Source: Candidatus Cloacimonadota bacterium (lineage in GTDB: Bacteria; Cloacimonadota; Cloacimonadia; Cloacimonadales; TCS61). Taken from it: a DNA stretch of 64,000 bases. Below the pieces are notes generated by a model that had not been told where the DNA came from, did not search any database, and worked only from the letters and a program-made list of their open reading frames with translations. Positions within the stretch are counted from its first letter, which is position 1; each line of letters begins with the position of its first letter. Below are positions 44,641-53,835 of this stretch, piece by piece. Where the stretch lies: NCBI GenBank assembly GCA_021157525.1, contig JAGGWK010000016.1, forward strand, positions 1,836 to 65,835, in the 5' to 3' direction. A program made the position numbers and the translations under genes.

Positions 44641-46419
44641 ATGAAAAAGCACTTCTCCTGGCGTATAATTGCTCTGGCCTTGGTGCTGGTGTTACTTTAC
44701 CTGCTGCTGATCCGCTTGCAGAGTAACACCATGGATTGGCAAAATCAGCGCTATACGCTGGACATGGCTTACACCGATACAGCATCGTTGGAGGCTGTCC
44801 TTTCTGCCCATGATGGCGTGTCGGTGGACACTATTCAGCAGATTATTACCGCACTGCAATCTTCGAATCACCAAATACAATCCATCGCTGTGGTGCAGGG
44901 ACGCACGTTCCTTGCCCATTCCGATAGCTCTATGGTAGGAGCCCGCATCACCAAAGAGATTTTTGACATCCAGCGGGAATTGCAGCGGGAGGAGGCTTTA
45001 CCTACCCTGTGGCAGGCTCCCACTACTTCCGATGCTTCGGCCACCTTGTATCGCGGCATCATGCATAATGGCCACGTCACTGAACTTATTGTCTATCACA
45101 CTGGAATGCAACAGGAATTTACCCCCGTTGCTTCTCGCCTGCCCATCTTCCTGATTCTTCTGGGATTCTTCGTTGTGGCGCTGCTGTTTGAGTATTTCAT
45201 TCCCCGCTATAGTGCTCCCATCTCACTGGTGTGCTTTGTTATCGCAGTGGTACTGATTACTTCGTTGCTCAATGCGCAATTTATCCGTGACTATAATCAG
45301 TGGCAGGAGTACCTGGGTCAGTATCAGATGCGACTGGATGCATCCCTGAATGGAACCGGCGCAGTGTTGGATGTAAACATACCCCACTGGTATCCGAAAA
45401 TAACGTCGGCCATAAAAACCTGGAACGTTACGCTGTCGGTTGTCTTTGGGTTGCTATTGCTCTTTATACTCAGCGGTCTCTTCGAAAAATCCTTTGCCGG
45501 ATTGATAGAATATCGAATGGCATACTCCTATGTTTTTCCTGCCATGTTTGGGGTTTTCCTGCTGGTGTTCTTTCCTTTTATTTACGGATTTCTTATCGGT
45601 TTTACCAATTATGGACTGGGGGATTTTGGCAGCAATCTCATCAGTTACTTCAGTAATCTCGGTAACTATTCTTTGGGAAATTTCATCGATATTTTGCGCA
45701 CCATTGATCTCACAGATCCACACAATTTCTATTATACTCTGCTCCATACCATATTTTGGACGGTGCTCAACGTAACCCTTCATGTGAGTATCGGCGTGGG
45801 ATTAGCTCTTATTTTGAACAATCCTCAGCTCAAGGGACGCACCTTTTTCCGGGTGCTCCTGATTTTGCCCTGGGCGATTCCCAATTACATCACTGCCCTC
45901 ATCTGGCGTGGGATGTTTCATAAACAATTTGGTGCGGTGAACGGGTTTTTGGAGCTCCTGGGCTTCCAGCCCATCAGTTGGTTTACCCAGGCTCATACCG
46001 CCTTTTTGGCAAACCTTGTCACCAATGTCTGGTTGGGATTTCCCTTTATGATGATCATCGCTCTGGGGGCGCTGCAGAGCATCCCAAAAGAGCTCTACGA
46101 AGCGTCTTCCATAGATGGATCCACCCGCTGGCAATCCTTTTGGAACGTTACCTTTCCTCTGCTGAAACCGGCCATGATTCCCGCTGTTATCCTTGGTACT
46201 ATCTGGACCTTTAACCAATTTAATGTGATCTATCTGGTATCTGGCGGGGGGCCGGATGGTGCTACAGAGCTTCTCATTACCGATGCTTATAAGTTGGCAT
46301 TTGAGCAGTATCGCTACGGCTATGCTGCTGCCTACTGCATTATCATCTTTGCTCTGTTGCTTATTTATGGAGTCTTTACCAACAAAGTTTCCAAAGCCAG
46401 TCAGGGGGTGTATGAATGA
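44641..46419 (+). CDS. carbohydrate ABC transporter permease (MalF-like) with an N-terminal extension of ~290 aa
   Basis: The C-terminal ~300 aa are a typical MalF/binding-protein-dependent permease (EAA loop EASSIDGSTRWQSFWNVTFPLLKP). The N-terminal part has extra TM helices and a periplasmic segment of ~130 aa. Confidence 0.8.
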   Translation: MKKHFSWRIIALALVLVLLYLLLIRLQSNTMDWQNQRYTLDMAYTDTASLEAVLSAHDGVSVDTIQQIITALQSSNHQIQSIAVVQGRTFLAHSDSSMVGARITKEIFDIQRELQREEALPTLWQAPTTSDASATLYRGIMHNGHVTELIVYHTGMQQEFTPVASRLPIFLILLGFFVVALLFEYFIPRYSAPISLVCFVIAVVLITSLLNAQFIRDYNQWQEYLGQYQMRLDASLNGTGAVLDVNIPHWYPKITSAIKTWNVTLSVVFGLLLLFILSGLFEKSFAGLIEYRMAYSYVFPAMFGVFLLVFFPFIYGFLIGFTNYGLGDFGSNLISYFSNLGNYSLGNFIDILRTIDLTDPHNFYYTLLHTIFWTVLNVTLHVSIGVGLALILNNPQLKGRTFFRVLLILPWAIPNYITALIWRGMFHKQFGAVNGFLELLGFQPISWFTQAHTAFLANLVTNVWLGFPFMMIIALGALQSIPKELYEASSIDGSTRWQSFWNVTFPLLKPAMIPAVILGTIWTFNQFNVIYLVSGGGPDGATELLITDAYKLAFEQYRYGYAAAYCIIIFALLLIYGVFTNKVSKASQGVYE

Positions 46420-47252
46420 TCAATCAACAATCGCGCACACGCACCATCCTTACCTATCTATTTCTTATCATTGTTACACTCATCACCATCTATCCGGTGC
46501 TTTGGGTGCTCAAAGTGGCCTTTGGTGGCAAATCTCTCCTTTCTACCAATCTCAGCCTCATCCCTGATCACCTCACGTTGGAGAATTTCCGCGTCGTTTT
46601 CTTTGAAAAACCCTTTCTCACTTGGTTGCGCAACTCCCTGATCGTGTCGGTAGTCACTGTGATTTCCAGCCTCTTTTTGGCGACTTTTGCTGCCTACGCC
46701 TTTTCACGGTTTAAGTTCCCCGGCCAACGTACCGGGATGATGTCGTTACTCATCACCCAGATGTTTCCCGGGGTGCTGATGATCATTCCCCAATTTATTC
46801 TGATTTCGGATGTTTTGCATCTCTACGGATCATTGTGGGGCTTGGTGATCATCTACTCCACCACGGCTTTGCCCTTTTCCATCTGGATACTGAAAGGCTA
46901 TTTTGATACTATCCCGGTATCATTGGAAGAATCTGCCACCATCGATGGAGCATCCAAAGGGCGCATTTTCTGGGAAATCATTTTGCCTCTCAGTAAGCCA
47001 TCCATCGCTATCACCGGGCTTTTTTCCTTTATGACAGCCTGGAATGAGTTTATCTTGGCTGCTACTTTTTTAGATGCAGAATCGAAATATACTCTACCCA
47101 TCGGTTTACGCCAGATGGTTGGAGAATTTGGTGCCGAATGGGGAAGCTTTGCAGCTTCATCGTTACTCGTCGCTATTCCTGTGGTTGTACTGTTCATGGC
47201 ATTCCAGAAGTATCTGGTGTCTGGCCTTACAGCGGGCGGCGTAAAAGGTTAA
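46416..47252 (+). CDS. carbohydrate ABC transporter permease (MalG-like)
   Basis: EESATIDGASKGRIFWEILPL-type EAA loop and six TM helices. It overlaps the upstream permease by 4 nt. Confidence 0.85.
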   Translation: MINQQSRTRTILTYLFLIIVTLITIYPVLWVLKVAFGGKSLLSTNLSLIPDHLTLENFRVVFFEKPFLTWLRNSLIVSVVTVISSLFLATFAAYAFSRFKFPGQRTGMMSLLITQMFPGVLMIIPQFILISDVLHLYGSLWGLVIIYSTTALPFSIWILKGYFDTIPVSLEESATIDGASKGRIFWEIILPLSKPSIAITGLFSFMTAWNEFILAATFLDAESKYTLPIGLRQMVGEFGAEWGSFAASSLLVAIPVVVLFMAFQKYLVSGLTAGGVKG

Positions 47253-47269
47253 AAACATAAGGAGGGAAT

Positions 47270-48100
47270 ATGGGAAACAAGATCTTTCGCTTCATCTTGA
47301 TATTCCTGTGCCTGAGTCTCTGGCTTATGGCAGCTACGGAAATCCAGTTGAAAGATCCAAAGAATGATGACAAAGGGCCGGGGAATTACACCTACCCTAC
47401 CGATCCCATCTACGTTGGCGGGTCCTTCGACCTCACCAAGGCGATCATCACCGACAAAGGCGATGTTATCGAATTTAAAATCTACTTCGACGCTCCGGTA
47501 ACCTTTAATTGGGGTGACTTCTGGGATGTGCAACAGCTGCAGATCTATCTGGATTTTGATCACGTTGCCGGCTCGGGATATACCGAAACCATCCCCGGCA
47601 CCCAAGTGATGGTTGATCCTGCTGATGCCTGGGAAAAAGTGGTCTTTATCGATCCCCATACCGTGGCAAAGATCAATGGGGAAATTGAGCTGAAAGCCGG
47701 TGCTATGAAAAATGACATCGTGCTTCCCAGCAAAATCAAACCTATCGGAAAATTCCTGAAAGCCACCGTAAAAAAAGCAGATCTGGGGGTGGATGCAACG
47801 GCCGATATCACCACCTGGGGATATGGCATCCTTATGCTCAGCGCTACCGGATTCCCCGGGGATTGGTGTGTGCTGATGCGTCGGGTGAACGAATATGAAG
47901 GGCAGCATCGTTTTGGAAATGGCTCCGACGGTGCAGGCGATCCCAATGTGATCGATATGTTTGTGGATGATGCAGACGGCTCGGATGATGAAATCCAGAT
48001 ACAGTATGACATGCTGAAAAACTGGGAAAGCGGGATGGATCCTGAAGATACATCCGAAGACAAACTGACAGTGATAAAACTGGTTTATCCAGGAAAATAA
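47270..48100 (+). CDS. secreted protein with a glucodextranase C-terminal/DOMON-like domain (copy 1)
   Basis: Signal peptide, then LKDPKNDDKGPGNYTYPTDPIYVGGSFDLTKAIITDKGDVIEFKIYF. This resembles the Glucodextran_C/DOMON-like fold signature as I recall it. It is a paralog of 49985..51034. Confidence 0.6.
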   Translation: MGNKIFRFILIFLCLSLWLMAATEIQLKDPKNDDKGPGNYTYPTDPIYVGGSFDLTKAIITDKGDVIEFKIYFDAPVTFNWGDFWDVQQLQIYLDFDHVAGSGYTETIPGTQVMVDPADAWEKVVFIDPHTVAKINGEIELKAGAMKNDIVLPSKIKPIGKFLKATVKKADLGVDATADITTWGYGILMLSATGFPGDWCVLMRRVNEYEGQHRFGNGSDGAGDPNVIDMFVDDADGSDDEIQIQYDMLKNWESGMDPEDTSEDKLTVIKLVYPGK

Positions 48101-48114
48101 CAAAGGAGGATTCT

Positions 48115-49917
48115 ATGAAAAAATTGCTCGTAATTGCAATGTGCTTGTTGGTGGCCTCGATGGCCTTTGCTCAGGCGAAGATTGACCTGAAGGGGACGAT
48201 TTACAACCAATTCCGCTGGACTGATGGTACCGCCATGATGGGCGCCCATACCGAAAACCCTTGGAACGGCAGCCGCTCTGACTATACCAAAGGTAACTTC
48301 ATGCGCAGTGAAGTGGAATTTGAAGTAAATGCCACCATCAGCAAATATGTAAAAGCCTATTTACGTGTAAAAACTATCTGGGATGGAGATGATGGAAACA
48401 GCAGTGTAGAAGCTAATTCCGCCGCTTGGGAAACCTATTGGGATGCCAATACCGGCTGGTTTAAACTGCGTGGTTTCCGCATTGATCTGATGCCTGACCT
48501 TAGTTTTGTCGATCAGATTCAATTGGGTACTCCCATGGGCCTGGGATTCAGCAAATGGTTTATGGCAGATCGCCGCTATATCGACCGCGACAACGCCAAA
48601 GGTATCTACATCAAAGGTAATGCCGGGAAAGCAAAATGGAACCTCGTACGCCTGTGGCAAGCCAATTGGCAAGGATGGAACTGGGGCACCGGTGACTTCC
48701 ATGCAGAAGATGGTACCTGGGCTGCAAATATCAATGGCGACATCATGGAAGGCCACCATATCGCACTGGATGGCTTCTGGTTTGCCGATACCGAGTTTGA
48801 TCCCACCGATCCTGAAAACCCGAACTATTCTGTGGGAAACGATGATCCTAACGGCATGATGGAAACCAAGGAAATGTATCAGAACATAGGTTTTGGTCTT
48901 TCGGGAAAATGGGACGTCAGTGACGCTGTAAACATCGATTATAATGTGATGTACACCGGATCGATAGTGGATGATAGCCTGGATGTGGATGACGATAATA
49001 TCATTGATGGCTACGGCGGCTGGGAACCTGTTCCCCAATATGCCAAAGTATGGGCTCCCAGTGGTGTGCTTACCGTCAGCGGAACCGATCCTTTCGAAGT
49101 AGGTTTCAGTCCCCGCTTCCAGTTCTTTTATATCAACCACAACTACACCTCCTTCTGGGGTAGCCGCAGAGAAGACGATATGCTACTGATAGAGGGCGGC
49201 ATCGATGCTATTCGCAATACCTATGGCGAGCGTCTGGGACTGAATGCCTTCATGTGGAACAGCGACCAGAATGCAGTGCGTCATGAATTCCGCGACAATG
49301 AAAACCTGCGTCTTGGTGAAGACCTGGTAGAATCCCCCGTAGGATACTGGGGCGCAACTCTGGACCTGAAACAGGATATGGACTTGATGACCATCAAAGG
49401 CCAATTCAACTATCTGGGCCGCACCGACAACACCGGTGGTGACACAGATGAAGAAGATGACCTGTATGACGGCAGTGGCACCATGTATATGCCTGCTCAT
49501 GATTTCACCGGTATGGTTGCAGATCTGGAATTGAGCGGAAACGTCTCGGATTGGGATTGGAAATTAAATGTGGATTATGGTAACTGGGCCGATGATTATG
49601 ACAAAAGCACCGGTGTCGACGATGTGGCTTGTACTGCAATGAAAGTAATGCCCACTATCGGACGTCAATTAAGTCGTACTATCGGCATGGAGATTTATCC
49701 TGCATACCAGATGGTAACCGATGAAGTTGATGGCGAGACAACCTTTGAATACAACCAGATTGTGATTGGCCATAAATGGGTTTATAACTTTGGCGGATTC
49801 GATTTCTGGCTTCGTGGTGAACACAAAATCTATTCACCCGATGATCAGGATAGCACAACTGAAGACTATAAACTTGCTTCAAACACGCTACATGCAGCCT
49901 TTGAAGTGAAATTCTAA
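48115..49917 (+). CDS. predicted 600-aa outer-membrane beta-barrel (candidate glycan porin)
   Basis: Signal peptide ending AFAQA, beta-strand periodicity with many W/Y/G/D loops, and the C-terminus ...LHAAFEVKF. I saw no LamB signature. Confidence 0.65.
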   Translation: MKKLLVIAMCLLVASMAFAQAKIDLKGTIYNQFRWTDGTAMMGAHTENPWNGSRSDYTKGNFMRSEVEFEVNATISKYVKAYLRVKTIWDGDDGNSSVEANSAAWETYWDANTGWFKLRGFRIDLMPDLSFVDQIQLGTPMGLGFSKWFMADRRYIDRDNAKGIYIKGNAGKAKWNLVRLWQANWQGWNWGTGDFHAEDGTWAANINGDIMEGHHIALDGFWFADTEFDPTDPENPNYSVGNDDPNGMMETKEMYQNIGFGLSGKWDVSDAVNIDYNVMYTGSIVDDSLDVDDDNIIDGYGGWEPVPQYAKVWAPSGVLTVSGTDPFEVGFSPRFQFFYINHNYTSFWGSRREDDMLLIEGGIDAIRNTYGERLGLNAFMWNSDQNAVRHEFRDNENLRLGEDLVESPVGYWGATLDLKQDMDLMTIKGQFNYLGRTDNTGGDTDEEDDLYDGSGTMYMPAHDFTGMVADLELSGNVSDWDWKLNVDYGNWADDYDKSTGVDDVACTAMKVMPTIGRQLSRTIGMEIYPAYQMVTDEVDGETTFEYNQIVIGHKWVYNFGGFDFWLRGEHKIYSPDDQDSTTEDYKLASNTLHAAFEVKF

Positions 49918-49932
49918 ATCTGAGTTCTTTGC

Positions 49933-49960
49933 CAGGCGGGATGCAGCTGTATCCCGCCTG
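49933..49960 (+). terminator. 10-bp hairpin after the OMP gene (intra-locus attenuator or stabiliser?)
   Basis: CAGGCGGGAT-gcagctgt-ATCCCGCCTG, 16 nt after the stop. There is no T-tract. The arms are nearly identical to the hairpin at 3449-3478. Confidence 0.4.
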
Positions 49961-49984
49961 AATCTTGACGTTAAAAGGATTTAC

Positions 49985-51034
49985 ATGAAGCAGTTTCTGA
50001 TTACAGGATTTTTCATCGTGATGACGTGCCTCTGGGGGGCAGACATTCTGGTACAGCTGGATGATGCAACCGGAGACGATTATGGTGCCGGAAAGGTGGT
50101 GTATCCCGAGCACCCCATGTTTACTCCCGGACTCTTTGACATAGATCAGTTTCGCATAGAAGATGCGGGAGACAATTATCTCTTTGTGGTGCGGGTCAAG
50201 GGGAAGGTGCAGCCGGTAGATTTTTCTGAGTTTGAATATCGCTACAATATCCCCGATGATTTTATATTTCCACTGGTGCAGATCTACATCGATACCGATC
50301 ATACCATGGATGCCGGTATCACGCAAACTTTGGCAGGAGTAAATGCCGTTATCGCCCCGGAATCTGCCTGGGAACGGGCCGTGGTCTTCACCTCATTACC
50401 TCAGCGGTTCAAGATTCAAACCGAACATTTTCATTCTCCCTATGTCTCCCGCATCTTCTTTTCTCCCAAAATCCACATCTCCCGGGATGGTCATGAGATG
50501 AAGGTCTCGGTACCCAAAAAGTTCCTGGGTACTCTGCATCCAGACTGGGGCTACACGGTGCTGATGCTGGGACACGAACCCGGTATGACGGTGAAGAAGA
50601 GCATTTATGTGATGGAAGTGAAATCCACCGCATCGCTGCTGGGCTTTGGTGGTGGTGATGCCGGACTGGTTTCCCGGTACAATACAAACATCATTGATAT
50701 GATAGCACCGCTGAATTTTTCCCAGGAATCTACGTTGCGCAATTACTCGGCAGAGAACAAGACGCTGGCGGTTATTCATGGGGTTTATCCCCATCCCAGC
50801 GCGTTAAAAGGACGCAGTGTTGCCGGGGTTGTTAAGCAGATTGCAGACGAAAAAGTAGTGATTAATCTGGGAAGCGAACAGGGCTTGCAGGTGGGCGATC
50901 TTCTGCTGGTGGATAATGCGGTTGTGGTGGTTGTGGATCAGCTTTTTCCCCAGCTTTGCATGGCTCACTGTCGCACAGCAGCGGATGCATCCAAGCTCAC
51001 TCAAGGGCTCAAGGTGGTACCATGGCACGAATAA
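49985..51034 (+). CDS. secreted protein with a glucodextranase C-terminal/DOMON-like domain (copy 2)
   Basis: LVQLDDATGDDYGAGKVVYPEHPMFTPGLFDIDQFRIEDAGDNYLFVVRV parallels copy 1. It has a signal peptide. Confidence 0.6.
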   Translation: MKQFLITGFFIVMTCLWGADILVQLDDATGDDYGAGKVVYPEHPMFTPGLFDIDQFRIEDAGDNYLFVVRVKGKVQPVDFSEFEYRYNIPDDFIFPLVQIYIDTDHTMDAGITQTLAGVNAVIAPESAWERAVVFTSLPQRFKIQTEHFHSPYVSRIFFSPKIHISRDGHEMKVSVPKKFLGTLHPDWGYTVLMLGHEPGMTVKKSIYVMEVKSTASLLGFGGGDAGLVSRYNTNIIDMIAPLNFSQESTLRNYSAENKTLAVIHGVYPHPSALKGRSVAGVVKQIADEKVVINLGSEQGLQVGDLLLVDNAVVVVVDQLFPQLCMAHCRTAADASKLTQGLKVVPWHE

Positions 51035-52662
51035 TTTTTATCATTTCGGTACTATTTTTGTTCGCAGGATGCAATGCCACAAATTCTTCCGGTCAGATGC
51101 TCAATGATCCGCCGCAGTCACCCGGCATCACTTACTGGTGGAATGACACCGTTTTTTATGAGATTTTTGTGCGGAGTTTTTATGATAGCGACGGCGACGG
51201 TATCGGTGACTTACCTGGCATCATAGAAAAGTTGGATTACCTCAACGATGGCAATCCCGACACCAACGATGACCTGGGCATCACAGGCATCTGGCTGATG
51301 CCGGTGACTCAGTCACCCAGCTACCATGGTTACGACACAACCGATTATTACACTATCGAAGAGGATTACGGCACCAACGAAGATTTTCAGAATCTCATTG
51401 CCGCCTGTCATGCCCGGGGCATTAAGGTAGTGGTGGATTTTGTGATGAACCACTGTTCCAGCCAGCATCCGTGGTTTCTGGCATCACAGCAGAATGATCC
51501 GGAGTATCGCAACTGGTTCCGATGGGAATCCTCCGATCCCGGTTATTTGGGCCCGTGGGGGCAGCCGGTGTGGCATTTGGGAGAAAACGGTGAATATTAT
51601 TATGGCCTTTTTTGGAGCGGGATGCCAGACCTCAATTTTGCATATCAGCCGGTAATTGATGAGATTCTTTCCATCACAGACTTCTGGTTGCAGGATATGC
51701 AGGTGGATGGCTTTCGATGTGATGCGGTAAAATACATTTTTGAAGATGGCCAACAACTGGAAAACGTTCCCCAAACCTTTACTTGGTGGGAAGATTTCCA
51801 CAGTCATTATACTCAGATAAATCCCGACGCCATGGCCGTTGGCGAAGCATGGGACGATACAGACATCGTGGCGCAATACGCAGATAACCGGTTTGATTTT
51901 TGTTTTGAGTTTGACTTTGCCGAGGCGATGATTGAGGCAGTAAATGCCGCCTCTTCTCTGCCGGTGATACATAAAATACAGGAAATGAAAATCCTCTATC
52001 CCTACCACCAATACGGCACATTCCTTACCAATCATGACCAGAACCGGGTTTTCAATGCCCTGGGAGAAAGCACTCAAAAAGCCAAATTTGCCGCATCCCT
52101 TTACCTCACCATGTCTGGCATTCCCTTTATCTATTATGGCGAAGAAATCGGCATGAAAGGTACCAAGCCAGACCCCGACATCCGCCGTCCCATGCAGTGG
52201 AATGCAACAGAAAACGGCGGGTTTTCATCGGCTACACCGTGGCACAATCTCAATAGCAACTATACCAGCATAAATGTGGAAAATCAGCAGGCTGATTCTA
52301 CATCGTTGTGGCGGCACTACAATCAGCTTATCACCTGGCGCACTGCCCATCCTGCCCTTTCCAGAGGAACCCTGCAATTGCTCAACAGCTCAAATATCAA
52401 TCAGCTGCTTATGCTGCGACAGTATAATGATGATATCCTGCTTGTGTCGCTGAATTTCAGCAGTAACGGCACCAGGGTGCAAACGGGACCCACAGACCTT
52501 ACACCGGGCAGTTATCGCCTCAACGATCTGGCATCCGGCACGGAAGTGGCCGCACTTACTATTCTCGCAAATGGCGATATCGCCGAAGAATGCCTTTTAC
52601 CACCGCAGGAGAAATATTCGCTGCGGCTGTATCAATTGGAAAAAATTCCCCGGGAGGAATAA
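51022..52662 (+). CDS. GH13 alpha-amylase-family lipoprotein
   Basis: ATG 51022 gives MARIIFIISVLFLFAGCN (lipobox). GH13 regions: DFVMNHCS, GFRCDAVKY, AVGEAW and FLTNHDQ. Confidence 0.85.
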   Translation: MARIIFIISVLFLFAGCNATNSSGQMLNDPPQSPGITYWWNDTVFYEIFVRSFYDSDGDGIGDLPGIIEKLDYLNDGNPDTNDDLGITGIWLMPVTQSPSYHGYDTTDYYTIEEDYGTNEDFQNLIAACHARGIKVVVDFVMNHCSSQHPWFLASQQNDPEYRNWFRWESSDPGYLGPWGQPVWHLGENGEYYYGLFWSGMPDLNFAYQPVIDEILSITDFWLQDMQVDGFRCDAVKYIFEDGQQLENVPQTFTWWEDFHSHYTQINPDAMAVGEAWDDTDIVAQYADNRFDFCFEFDFAEAMIEAVNAASSLPVIHKIQEMKILYPYHQYGTFLTNHDQNRVFNALGESTQKAKFAASLYLTMSGIPFIYYGEEIGMKGTKPDPDIRRPMQWNATENGGFSSATPWHNLNSNYTSINVENQQADSTSLWRHYNQLITWRTAHPALSRGTLQLLNSSNINQLLMLRQYNDDILLVSLNFSSNGTRVQTGPTDLTPGSYRLNDLASGTEVAALTILANGDIAEECLLPPQEKYSLRLYQLEKIPREE

Positions 52663-53763
52663 ATGGCACAGGTTATATTAAAAAACGTGAACAAAATCTA
52701 CGACGGCAAAGTGCATGTGGTGAAGGACAACAGTCTGGAAATCCATGATAAGGAATTCATGGTTCTGGTAGGCCCGTCTGGATGCGGAAAATCGACAACT
52801 TTGCGCATGATCGCCGGCCTGGAAGAGATTACCTCCGGCGAGATTCTTATCGGAGATCGGGTGATAAACAACGTTCCTCCCAAAGATCGGGATATTGCCA
52901 TGGTCTTTCAAAATTATGCACTGTATCCCCACATGACTGTGTTTAATAATATGGCTTATGGCCTCAAGCTGCGTAAGTTTTCCAAAGCTGAAATCAGGCA
53001 GCGGGTAGGAGAGGCAGCAGAGATTCTGGGACTGGAAGAGCTGTTGGAACGAAAGCCAAAAGCACTCTCTGGAGGCCAGCGGCAGAGGGTAGCCCTGGGA
53101 CGCGCCATTGTGCGGCATCCTCAGGTGTTTCTCTTTGACGAACCCCTGAGTAATCTGGATGCCAAACTGCGGGTGCAAATGCGGGCGGAAATCAGCAAAT
53201 TGCACAATCGCCTCAATACCACCATCATCTATGTGACTCATGACCAGGTGGAAGCCATGACCATGGGAGACCGCATTGCAGTGCTCCATGACGGCATTAT
53301 CCAGCAGGTGGATACTCCCCTGAATCTCTACGACCATCCCTGCAACATGTTTGTGGCAGGATTCATCGGCTCTCCGGCCATGAATTTCATTCCTGGCCGC
53401 ATGGAACAGGGTGAGACCTCACGATTTATCAGTCAGGGAATCGATGTGGCGATTCCGGCGTACTTCAACGAGTCTCTCAAATCTCACGTTCCCGGTGATG
53501 TGGTGCTGGGCATTCGGCCTGAGAATATCCGCATCGATACCCAGGGAAGCACCCAGGCTCTGGTGGAAGTGGTAGAGCCGATGGGCAACGAAATCGTCGT
53601 TTATTGTGTCATTGATGAAACCCGGTTTTTGCTGCGCCTGGAAGAGCGGATGAATCTTCATCCGGGAGATACCATTTCGCTGGATTTCAAGATGGATTTT
53701 GCCCATTTCTTTGATACTGAGACAGAGAAAGCATACAACTATGACATATCCGGAAGAGGATAA
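52663..53763 (+). CDS. sugar ABC transporter ATP-binding protein (MalK/MsmX/UgpC type)
   Basis: [23 protein letters not shown] and LFDEPLSNLD, plus a C-terminal regulatory (TOBE-like) domain. Confidence 0.9.
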   Translation: MAQVILKNVNKIYDGKVHVVKDNSLEIHDKEFMVLVGPSGCGKSTTLRMIAGLEEITSGEILIGDRVINNVPPKDRDIAMVFQNYALYPHMTVFNNMAYGLKLRKFSKAEIRQRVGEAAEILGLEELLERKPKALSGGQRQRVALGRAIVRHPQVFLFDEPLSNLDAKLRVQMRAEISKLHNRLNTTIIYVTHDQVEAMTMGDRIAVLHDGIIQQVDTPLNLYDHPCNMFVAGFIGSPAMNFIPGRMEQGETSRFISQGIDVAIPAYFNESLKSHVPGDVVLGIRPENIRIDTQGSTQALVEVVEPMGNEIVVYCVIDETRFLLRLEERMNLHPGDTISLDFKMDFAHFFDTETEKAYNYDISGRG

Positions 53764-53783
53764 GCAGCTCACGAACCCACAAA

Positions 53784-53827
53784 CAAAAAAAACTGACTCC
53801 GGCGCAAAGCGCTGGAGTCAGTTTTTT
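53784..53827. terminator. bidirectional intrinsic terminator between convergent malK-like and C10 peptidase genes
   Basis: An A-run, then a 15-bp stem AACTGACTCCGGCGC-aaa-GCGCTGGAGTCAGTT (one G-U pair), then TTTTT. Confidence 0.85.
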
Positions 53828-53835
53828 ATCTGAGC

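Noticed and set aside
47249-48103. 284-aa minus-strand ORF, almost the same length as the plus-strand ORF 47270-48100
   Set aside because: The plus frame has a signal peptide, an SD, co-orientation with the operon and a paralog at 49985-51034. The minus frame has none of these.
48361-49140. 259-aa minus-strand ORF, and 52678-53337 and 27301-27942
   Set aside because: They are antisense shadows of the OMP, malK-like and PGA-system genes respectively.
50956-51021. Upstream extension of the second GH13 ORF (tracked start 50956)
   Set aside because: The extension has no signal peptide and overlaps the preceding gene by 79 nt. ATG 51022 yields a clean lipoprotein signal (LFAGC).
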